From: an uncultured bacterium
GTDB taxonomy: Bacteria; Auribacterota; Erginobacteria; Erginobacterales; Erginobacteraceae
Direction: 5' to 3'
DNA length: 64,000 nt
NCBI GenBank assembly: GCA_963822585.1
Contig: CAWGIE010000035.1
Location: 234,749-298,748, forward strand
Shown: piece by piece, positions 51,253 through 61,348 of the stretch
Position numbering within the stretch: the stretch's first letter is position 1
Layout: each line of letters opens with the position of its first letter
Notes under the pieces: model-generated
Databases searched by the model: none
What the model saw: only the letters and a program-made list of their open reading frames with translations
Told to the model about the DNA's origin: nothing
Position numbers and translations under genes: made by a program

Positions 51253-52794
51253 ATGGAACGGCCGGTTGGCAATTTACTTCATCCGGGGAAAAATATTATC
51301 TTAGCTTTGTTATCGGGCGCGGCTCTGGTGCTATCTCTTCCCGGACTGGGGATATCCTGGCCGGTCTGGATCGCCATTATCCCGCTTCTGATCGCCGGCG
51401 AAACTTCATCTCCTCTCCGGGGGTTTTTGACCGGTTTTATTGCCGGGCTGGTCGTGGCCGGGGTTGTACTTGGTTTTATGCCCTCAGCCGCGCAGGGTAT
51501 CGGACTGGGCGTTGCCTTTAGCTGGATCGCATTTCTGGCTTTGATAAGTTATTACGGATTATATATCGGTGTATTTTCCTTTACAGTCGCTTTTGTCAGT
51601 AAACGTCTTAAACCCGGGAGGAATAATTTTACGGTTGCGGCTTTCCTGATCCTTATCCCTTCAATCTGGACCGGCCTGGAGTTCATTCATTCCCGGTTAC
51701 TTCCCGGATTGCCCTGGACGTTTATCTTTCTGGGCTATTTTCTCTGGGAAAATACCATCCTGATCCAGATAGCCGATATTACCGGTATTTTCGGTCTTTC
51801 TTTTCTGATTGTTCTCGTGAATACCGGGATATATCTCTCTGTGACTCGAAGGATGATCATGCCGGCGACAGTAGCCGGTATAGGAATTATCCTGTGCTTG
51901 TTTTATGGTAAATATAAATTCCACTCCGGCCCGGTGCTCCCGGATAAACCGGAATTACGGGTGGCGGTACTTCAGGCTAGTATCCCGGCCGGAGATAAGT
52001 GGAATGATGAAAAAGGAGAATTGATCGCCGAGAGATATCTGTCGCTTTGCCTCCAGGCGGAAAAATTTCATCCTGATCTGGTAATCTGGACTGAGACCGC
52101 CATCCCCTGGCCGGTTGCGGAAAGAGACGAACTGGTCGAAGAAGCTCTGAAAATCACCCGGGGCTCGCGATCCTGTCACATAATCGGTAACCCGGTCGCG
52201 GCGGAAAAAGGAGGTTTTTTCAATAGCGCGCTCCTGGTACTCCCCGATGGTCGGGTGGTGCAGCGCTATGATAAAAACCGCCTGCTTTCCTTTGTCGAAA
52301 GCAGCCGCTCCGAACACTCTTCTTCTCGCCGGGATCCCGGTGGAGCAAGTTATCAGCCCGGAAGGGATAGGAACATCCTGAACACCCCCCGGGGAAAGGC
52401 GGGAATCAGTATCTGTAATGAAAATTTTTATCCGGAAATGATCCGGGAATCAGTCCGGGACGGGGCGGAGTTTTTGATTAACCTGACAAATGACGCCTGG
52501 TGGCCCGACCGATTCCGCCTCACCGGACATTTCCTCTTCAATATTTTTCGGGCCGTGGAGAATCGCCGGGCAATGGTGGTGGCTTCCAATGTGGGAATAT
52601 CAGCCCTGATTGACGAGCGGGGAGTGATAATAAAGCAATCCCCTTTACGGCAACCGTATACTTTAACCGGGAAAATAGGGATGTCTTCTTATTTAACTTT
52701 TTATACCCGTTATGGAGATTTATTCGCTTGCGGCTCTCTCTTGATTTCCGGCGTCGGCATTATTGCATTCATTGCCAGGAAATGGAAGCCATGA
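51253..52794 (+). CDS. lnt: Apolipoprotein N-acyltransferase
   Basis: Multi-TM plus nitrilase triad WTETA / YDK / ICNE, TNDAW, RAVENRR, TFYTRYGD. Confidence 0.9.
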   Translation: MERPVGNLLHPGKNIILALLSGAALVLSLPGLGISWPVWIAIIPLLIAGETSSPLRGFLTGFIAGLVVAGVVLGFMPSAAQGIGLGVAFSWIAFLALISYYGLYIGVFSFTVAFVSKRLKPGRNNFTVAAFLILIPSIWTGLEFIHSRLLPGLPWTFIFLGYFLWENTILIQIADITGIFGLSFLIVLVNTGIYLSVTRRMIMPATVAGIGIILCLFYGKYKFHSGPVLPDKPELRVAVLQASIPAGDKWNDEKGELIAERYLSLCLQAEKFHPDLVIWTETAIPWPVAERDELVEEALKITRGSRSCHIIGNPVAAEKGGFFNSALLVLPDGRVVQRYDKNRLLSFVESSRSEHSSSRRDPGGASYQPGRDRNILNTPRGKAGISICNENFYPEMIRESVRDGAEFLINLTNDAWWPDRFRLTGHFLFNIFRAVENRRAMVVASNVGISALIDERGVIIKQSPLRQPYTLTGKIGMSSYLTFYTRYGDLFACGSLLISGVGIIAFIARKWKP

Positions 52795-52882
52795 TAGCCG
52801 GCCATTCGGTATATTCAATTCGCTAAAGTATGTTATACTGATAACATGGTGATTGCCGCGAATTTTTCAGTTAATTCAAAAG

Positions 52883-55800
52883 ATGAAGATAAATAAATAC
52901 ATTTTATGGCTGATATTGGCGGCGGGAATCCTGTCCGGGAGCGAAAATATCTTCGCTTTACCCAATGTTGTTCAGGAACATTACCGCTGGCGCAATGATG
53001 ATGGGTCTCAGGCCGCCGCTACCTGGAAAGCCCCGCAGGACAGTCTTTATTCCGGCCAGAAACGGAATGAAAATATCCGTCTCCGGTTCGCCATTGCCAA
53101 TACCGGCGGCGGAGCGGCCAATAACTATCGTTACCTGCTGGAATACGCCACCACCACCAGCGGAACCTGGGGATCGGTGCCGGTCAGCGCCGGGAGCGAG
53201 CCGTTCGAGATGACCACCACCTCCAATTACGCTGATGGTGATTCAACCACCAACCAGCTTTCCGGAACAGGGAGTTTTGTAGCCGGCCGCTGCATTGAAG
53301 ATCCCTCAAATATCACCTCAAACTTCAGTCTTTCCAACGGAAATTACAGTGAATTCGAATACTGCTTTCAAGCCAATAACAATGCCGTAAGGCTCCAGTC
53401 TTACTACTTTCGCCTGAGCAATAACGGCGCCGCTCTCAACTCATATTCCTTCTACCCCGAGATTATTATCGCGCCCGCCACGCCAACTCCGTCCCCGACG
53501 CCCAGTGTGACTCCTACTCCCAGTGTTACGCCGACACCATCTTCAACACCAACAGTCACACCGACACCGTCTTCAACACCCACAGTTACACCAACACCGT
53601 CTCCTACACCCACAGTCACACCGACTATCACGCCGACTGTTACGCCGACATCATCTCCTACCCCTATCCCGACCCCGAGTACAACCCCGACAATGATACC
53701 CACACCATCTCCTACGCCGACTCCGACAGTCCCACCAACCGCGACACCCACAATCACTCCGACTCCGACACCCACGGTTACCTTGACTGTTACGCCTGCA
53801 CCATCTTTGACACCGACTCCGGTAGGTCTTCCCTCTCCCTGGGTGAATCAGGATGTCGGCAGCGTGGGCGTGGCCGGGGACGCCTCTTACTCCAGCGGGG
53901 TCTTTCACGGTTGACGGGGACGGGGCCGACATCTGGGGCACCGCCGACGCGTTCCATTTCGTCTATCAACCATTATCAGGGGACGGAGAGATTTACGCCC
54001 GGGTAGCCAGCGTGGAGAACACCGATGCCTGGGCGAAAGCGGGGGTGATGATCCGGGAAGAGCTGACCGCCGGATCCACTCACGCCATGAGCGTCGTCAC
54101 TGTCGGCAACGGCATCGCCTTTCAGCGCCGGACCGTTACCGACGGCGCCAGCGATCACACTGCGGGAGGAGCTTATTCGGCGCCCTACTGGGTGCGGCTG
54201 GTCCGCGGCGGCGACACCTTCACCGGTTACGAGTCGCCCAACGGCATCTCCTGGACGGTAGTCGGTTCGGTGACTATCTCCATGTCGAATGATGTTTATA
54301 TCGGTCTGGCCGTGACTTCTCACAACGGGACCGAGCTGTGCACCTCGGGGATCGACAACGTCACCGTGATCACTCCTCCGCCCAGTCCGACTCCTTCCCC
54401 CAGCGTTACTCCGACCGCCGTTCCCTCGCCGACGGCGCCGGTGGAAGACTTGCTCTCGGTCGCCGATTCCTACGTGAACCAGAACTCAGGGCAACACGAA
54501 CTACGGGACGGCCACGACCATGTCGGTGAGGAGCAACTCCGCGGGCACCCCCGATACCAATTATCGCTCTTTTGTGCGGTTCAATGTCTCTTCCATCCCG
54601 GCGGGGGCGACGATCCAATCGGCCACGGTGCGGTTGTACATGCAGACGGCACCGACGGCTTCGCGCAATTATGACATGAATCGGGCAACGGCGAGCTGGA
54701 TCGAGTCGGGGGGAGGGGGCATCACCTGGAACAACCAGCCGGCAGTAGCGGCGAGCGCGACGAGCACCATCGCGACGGGAACAACGTCGGGTGTCTGGCT
54801 GGAGTGGAACGTGACCAGCGACGTGCAGGGGTTTATCTCGGGGACATACACTAACTACGGGTGGCGGGTGAGGGACCAGGTGGAGAGCAGCGCGACGGAC
54901 AGGCAGTCAACCTTTCGCACCCGGGAATACGCGGGGACGACGTCCGATCCGCAGCTGGTGGTAATCTACGTGGTGCCGACGCCCACCCCCACCGTCACCC
55001 CCACTGTCACCCCCACTCCGGTAGGGTATCGCACCCCAACGCCCCCCCCGACCCCTCAACCCACCCCCGGGCAGATCTTCGGGATCCCGTCGGGGTATTC
55101 GGAGTACTACATCCCCGGGTCGGCGGAGCAGATGTGGACGATCTATACCCAGAACGATCCCACCAGCCTTGTTCAGGCGACCGGGATGCACTCGGTGATC
55201 TCGGTCACCTCCAACCTTGACGACACCACGGTTTATTACGATCACTGGGAGAACGGCTACGGGTTCAACCCGCAGTCGGCCACGCTGACGGCGGACGCGG
55301 TCTACTTCATCGCCCAGGGCCAGGTGTTGATCTTCGAGAGCGCCAACATCCCGGTCTACCCGCGGGGGACGAACATCTACTGGGACGGGATGGACCGGAT
55401 CTACACGGCGGGGGGACCGGTGACGGTGACGCGGATGAGCTGGCCGGACTCGGTGGGGACGATCTACGCCGGGGCCATCGACGTTCTGCCCAACAACGTA
55501 CTGGACAAAGAATACACGCTGCCGGTGGGGAAGAACCTGGCGGCGGCGCCCGCCAGCTTTGACGATTTTACCCATACGTATCTCCAGGTGCAGTCCACCT
55601 CCAACGGGAACTGGGTGCAGGTGAACGATCCCTGGACGGCGGGGACGGAGATCTCGGTCATCCTGAACCGCGGCCAGGTGACCACCTACCTGAACGCCAA
55701 TTCGGGGACTTTCGTGAGCGGCTCGGCGCCGGTGCAGGTGCAGTTCGTGGTGGGGGATGACTGGGGGACGGCGGTGGCTTTCGAGTCGCGCTGGTACACG

Positions 55801-58800
55801 GCCTATCCGCGGTCGCTCTGGGACAAGGAGTATTACTGCCCGGTCGGGGGGTTCCGGAAGGTGGATACCTACGGCACCGATACCTACCACGTGGCCGTCG
55901 ATCTCTACGTGCACAACCCCTGGGATTATTCGATCGACGTCCAGTTCCAGGACCAGAGCGGGTCGGGGAACTTCACGGTCTTTTCCCACGCCACCCAGTC
56001 GTATTCAGCCGGGGCGGGGCGGTACGTCCCGGTCAACTCCGGCGTCTACCTGAGTTCCAACTACGAGTTCCGGGCGCTTCTTTCGGGAGACACGGAGTAC
56101 ATGGGGTGGGACTGGGGCTGCGGGCTGGTGCCGGGCTATGCACTTTCGCGGGAATACTTCCTGGGCTGGGCGCGGGGGACGTCGGAGTACAATCCTCAGA
56201 GCAACGGGTCGCCGGTCTGGATCACCCCCACCCGCGACGACACCACCGTTTACGTGGACTTCAGCCCGCTTGACGGGGTGCCGGACCAGACCTTCACGCT
56301 CAACCGGCTGCAGTCGCGCAAGATCTTCGATCCCGACAACGACAACACCGGGATGCACATCTGGGCGACGGAGCCGTTCGCGGCGGCCTGGGGGGAGGAC
56401 GCGGACACCGCCGGCCGTTCGGTGCCGTTCCTGGACCTGGGGTACAGCTGCCTGCCGGTGTTCACCGGCTGGATCGACCCGGTGCTGGTGATCGAGAAGA
56501 CGGCCCTTCCCTCCGGGGTCCCCTTCGGGATCGGGGAGGACGCCTGGTTCGCGATGACCGTCTCCACCGGGGACTACCCGGTGGACAATGTGGTTGTCTG
56601 GGACTGGATGCCCTTCGGCTGGAACTACGTCCCCGGGACCACGGAGATCACCTTCCCCGACTGGAGCATCAGCACCCAGAACCCCCAGTGGGACCCCACC
56701 ACCGATCCGGAGACCCTCTACTGGGGGTCTGGAACGCGACCTGGGGCCGAACGAGTTCATGACCGTCTACTTCCAGGCGAGAACGGACGAGCACATCGTC
56801 GAAGGGCTCCATCGCAACATGACCCGGGCCCAGGGGACGCGGGACTTCGGGGCGCAGATCTTCTCGCCGATCGCCTACGCCTACGTCTCCAACTTCGGCT
56901 ACATCCTGGACAAGGTGACCCGGACCAGTTTCGTGGAGCAGAGTTCGGTTGCCAGTTTTTCGATCACGATGAACAACGGGCAGGGGGGGACGAAGACCAA
57001 TGTCCGGATCACCGACACCCTTCCCGCCGGGTTCACCTTCCTGACCGACGTCGTCTCCTGGCATAACGCCACCCGGGTCTCCTTCACCGAGCCGACCGTG
57101 GGGGCCCGCGCCCTGGCGTGGGGAACCTGGACGGTCTACACGGGTGGAGACGTCGGGATCGACCTCGACACCTGGGTGGCCTCGACCTGCGCCACCGGGA
57201 ACTATATCAATACCGCCTTCTGCACCAGCTCGGAGAGCCCCCGGATCAAGGACTACGACACGATCACGGTCAATGCCCCCAACGGCCGCTGTTTCGACGT
57301 CGCCCGCTCCACGCTTGCCTCCGCCCAGACGGCCTCGACCTCGCTCACCCCGTCCGGGCTTTCCGCCACCGCCGAACTCCCGGTGCCCGGGGCGATCGCC
57401 GTCTTCTGCTCCTTCGCCTCGGAGACGGTCGCCGGTTCGACCACCGGGACCTGGGACCTCCTGATGGATGACACGTCCCCGAGTCAGTCCATCCAGCGCT
57501 ATCTCGGGCCCTCCGGCCGGGGGATGGGGGCCTGCCTGAACATCTTCCCCTCCCTGGGAGCGGGTCCGCACACGGTAAGCCTGCGGCACGCCACCAGCGG
57601 CGCGGGCAGTCCGGTCCGGACCCGGGACGCCGACCTGGTCATCCTGCCGCTCACCAGCGAGGACGGCCAGGTGGTCCTCAACCACGGGGTGAACACGATC
57701 GGTTCCGGTGGGGCGACCACCGGCTCCGCCGCCTGGGGCGCCGTCACCGGACTGGGTACGTCGGTCACCAACGACGTGAAGACCCGGATCTTCGCGGCGG
57801 CGGTGGTCGACTCGGAGTCGGCCGCGGGGTCGGTCAAGACCGCGAGCTACGACCTGACCGTGGACGGCGTCCCCGTGGGCGGCCAGGTCCGGCGCGTTCT
57901 GAGCGGGACGAATGACCTGGGGATCGTCACCCTGGTGGGGCTCTCCGGCTCGCTCGCCGTCGGCCCGCACAGCGTGGAGGTCCGCCACTCGACCAGCACG
58001 GGTTCGCTCAAGACCTCCAACGGGACCCTTCTCGCCTTCTCGCTGGGGGATGACGGGGGAGGCCATGAAACGGCGCTGGGCGGCCGGCAGACCACCTTCG
58101 CCTCCCCGGTCTGGACCACCGCGACCTCCCTGACGGAGATCGCCTGGAGCGAGAGCACGATCTACACGGGCGACGGGGACCAGATCCTGGTCGCCTCCAG
58201 TTTCGCTACCGAGCACGGGGCGGAGAGCGGAGGGCGCACCGCCCTGCACGATATCACCGTCGACGCGGCCCCGGTTACTCAGACGGGGGCCACCCGGCTC
58301 TCCGGCGCCGACGACCGCTCATCCTCCGGCCTCTTCGGCTTGAGCAATCCCCTGACGGCGGGAACCCATACCGGATTCATGCGCCACGCCGTCGCTTCCC
58401 CCGAGATCCTCACCGATGACGCCACCTTCGTCATGCTCGGGATCTGCTGCGAACAGAGTCCCACCGCGGTGAAGCTGATCGAGTTCACCGCCGCGGGGTA
58501 TGACCGCCTGGTGGCGGTGGAGTGGGAGACGGGGGCGGAGATCGACAGCCTGGGATTCTACGTCCTGCGCTCCGAAAGTCCGACCGGGCCGTTTTTGCGG
58601 GTGAACAGGGCGATCGTCTTCTCCGGCGGGAGAGCTTCGGGGGGGAGATATCTCCTCCTTGACCGGGGGGTGGAGAATGAGATTGCTTACTATTACCAGC
58701 TGGAGGAGATCGGCCTGGACGGAGAAGTCACTCTTTACGGGCCGGAGGCGGCCACCCCCTCCGCCGGCGCGGGCGGTTTCACTTTTAATCGGGCGGAGTT

Positions 58801-59751
58801 CTCTCCGTTACGGAAAATACCGCCGCGCCCCTCCCCGAACCGGTAACGCCGTCCACACCGTACCCCGTGCGTCCACACCGTGGCTACACCGACCGCCGCA
58901 CCGGTGTCACCGACACCGATGCCTACGGGGACCGCTACCCCGGTCCCACTGCCCACCGCCTCCTGCCCGCTGTCCACGCCGTCCCCACTGCCCACTGCCT
59001 ACTGCCCACTGCCCATCATCGACTTCGGCGATTACGACGGCGACGGGACATCGGATATCGCGCTTTTCCGCCCGGCAACCGGCCTCTGGGCGATCCGGGG
59101 GGTGACGCGGGTGTACTTCGGAGCGGGGGCGGTCCCGGCGGCGGGCGAATACGACGGAGATCTGACGGCGGACATCGCCGTCTTCCGTCCCGATAGCGGC
59201 CTCTGGGTGATCCGGGGATGTCTCGCGGTACTACTTCGGGGGGGCGTGACGACCTTCCGGTACCGGGGGACTATGACGGGGACGGCCTGACCGACGGGGC
59301 GGTCTTCCGGGGCGGGAGCGGTCTCTGGGCGCTCCGCGGGCGGAGCCGGTTCTATTTCGGGCGCGCCGGCGACCTCCCGGTGCCGGGGGACTATGACGGG
59401 GACGGGACGGCGGACATCGCCATTTTCCGCCCGGCGAGCGGTCTGTGGGCGATCCGGAACGGGGGGGCGTACTATTTCGGCGGCCCGGGGGACCTCCCGG
59501 TGCCGGGGGATTTCGACGGGGACGGATCGAGCGAGGTCGCGGTCTACCGTCCCACGAGCGGTCTGTGGGCGATCCGGGGCTGGAGCCGGTTCTACTTCGG
59601 CTCGGAGGGCGCGTTACCGGCTCCGCTGGACTTCCGCGGGGAAGGAGTCCTTCTTCCCGCCATCTACCGGTGCCGCTCCGGCCTCTGGGCCGTCCGGGGC
59701 ATCACTCGTTGCTACTTCGGTGGCCCCGCCGATATCCCCATTGTCCGCTGA
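52883..59751 (+). CDS. Giant secreted multidomain surface protein (~2290 aa): PT linkers, ConA/DUF1349-like, DNRLRE-like, DUF11-like, C-terminal FG-GAP-like repeats; about 5 apparent frameshifts
   Basis: Consecutive ORFs 52853, 53853, 54520, 56588, 58880 and 59218 join by single-base shifts; signal peptide; DYDGDG..DIA.FRP..GLWAIRG repeats. Confidence 0.8.
53470..53820 (+). repeat. Pro/Thr-rich coding repeat (TPTPS.)n
   Basis: About 115 aa almost entirely T/P/S/V. Confidence 0.9.
53813..54561 (+). repeat. Direct repeat copy 1 of a coding cassette (copy 2 at 63254-64000)
   Basis: About 14 substitutions and 2 single-base indels by eye over about 750 bp. Confidence 0.95.
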
Positions 59752-60050
59752 AACTGCGAATTTCCCCGTACGGCTTCGCCACGGGGCGGAGCACGAATTC
59801 CCCTCGCCTCGCCCCCGTTTCAGTCCACAGATGGATTCGACTCCGCCCTTCGACAAGCTCAGGACTATCGCTTCCCTTCGACTTTGCTCCCTTCGACTCC
59901 GCTCAGGATCTTCGACAGGGTCTAAAGACACCACAAGTTTACACTGATTGTCCCCTCGCATCGCCCCCTTTTTTACTACGAATTTCGCCCCCGATTAAAG
60001 CGAGGGGCGGAGAAATTACGCGAATGACCCCTCCCCTTGCCCCCCCGTGC
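59752..60050. repeat. Nested REP-like inserts (CCCTTCGAC...GCTCAGG, CCCCGATTAAA..GGGG) inside 9-bp periodic half elements
   Basis: Three nested cttcgac units at 59846-59922; cgcctcgccccc linkers. Confidence 0.7.
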
Positions 60051-60215
60051 CGGTAGGACTATGCAAGGAGGTGACGATGCCATTTTGCCATTCCTCCGGG
60101 GAAAGATTGTTTTCTATAGAGCCGGATCAATCTTCACAGCCATGTGATAAAATAGTATTATTTAACTTCATATAATAAAATATAAATAAAAATAATAAGT
60201 TATAGTATTTTTCTA

Positions 60216-60244
60216 TTGACAAGTATTTAAGATTAATATAACCT
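60216..60244 (+). promoter_or_regulatory. Sigma70-like promoter with AT-rich UP region
   Basis: TTGACA-17-TAACCT downstream of a very AT-rich tract (60145-60215). Confidence 0.5.
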
Positions 60245-60320
60245 TGAAATGATCAAGACCGGGCCGCGGTTCCAGTGTTTACCGCTTTAGTCGCGAAGCA
60301 AAGGTTTGACATCATAAAAA

Positions 60321-60365
60321 TACCCCATTCGGGGTATTGCCCCTTTGGTGAAAAAAGCGGATAAT
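60321..60365 (+). promoter_or_regulatory. Candidate NarL-type box plus promoter
   Basis: TACCCCA-TT-CGGGGTA then TTGCCC-17-GATAAT. Confidence 0.6.
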
Positions 60366-60517
60366 AAAGATGGACTCTCTGAGGTGGTGACTCTGTTGGA
60401 TTGAAAATCGGAGTTGATACGGGGATCCAGGATCCCGGACCCTGAAATGATGCTCACCTGTTTTCAGGCGCCAGCGGCGCCGGATGCAGGTTATTTTTTT
60501 ACCATGCGTTGATGAAA

Positions 60518-61229
60518 ATGAAAAAGCTTATGATAACGCGCATTATACTGTTTTTGATCGTGATAACGGTTTTTATCCCCGCGACCCTTCCGGCGGAAGA
60601 CGATCTTATCTTTATAGTCCGGCCCGGCGACACCGAGCGGTCCCTGACCGAGAACTACCTGGTCCGGCCGACCGCCTGGGAGCGGGTGGTGCAGTACAAT
60701 TATCTGCTCAAGCCCGGCGGCACGATCAAAGTCCCGGCCGATCTGGTCCGGAAAGAGGAGAGCGCTTTTCTTGTCTCCTTCTCCGGAGAGGTTGAGTTCC
60801 GGCAGGCGGACCGGCGGGACTGGATGCCGGCGGTAGCCGGCCTGATCCTCCGGAAGGGCGACGCGGTCCGGACCGGCACCGATTCCGGGGCGGTTCTGCG
60901 GATGGGCCGGGACGACCAGGTGGTCTTGCGGGGCGAGAGCGAGGTTATATTCGATCCCTACCGGCGGTTTCTCTCCGGGCGGACCAACCGGGTGCTGGTG
61001 ACGGCGGGGACGGTATTGGCCTCCACCCGGAAGAGCGATGACCGGGAGGCCCGCTTCGAGATCAAGACCCCGGCCGCGGAGATGGAACTGACGGGGACGC
61101 TGGTCAGAACCAGCGTGGCGACCGGACGGTCAATCCCGGATCGAGGTGCTGGACGGGGAGGTGGTGGTCGATTCCCGGGAAGGGGAGTACGGCGTCTCCG
61201 AAGGAAATGGGATCTGTGTGAAGGAATGA
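60518..61229 (+). CDS. Secreted LysM-FecR domain protein, paralog of 49936..50640 (frameshift near 61125)
   Basis: Identical YLVRPTAWERVVQYNYLLKPG block; corrected C-terminus SRIEVLDGEVVV...CVKE*. Confidence 0.8.
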
Positions 61230-61243
61230 ACGTCGAAAATCAC

Positions 61244-61325
61244 ATAATCGGTGAGCAGTAATCAGTGATTCAGTGACGATCGATCGGATTACCGATTACT
61301 GATCACCGATTACTGATTACTGGAG
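61244..61325. repeat. 7-bp GTAATCA/GATTACT inverted array
   Basis: taatcggtgagcagtaatcagtgat ... gattaccgattactgatcaccgattactgattac. Confidence 0.8.
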
Positions 61326-61348
61326 TGATCATTAGGAAAAAGCGGATT

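Noticed and set aside
60370..60495. Possible c-di-GMP-type riboswitch upstream of LysM-FecR
   Set aside because: A hairpin (cctgaaa...tttcagg) is present, but the conserved GGCAAA/GAAA/GCAAAG core was not found; an Rfam scan is needed.
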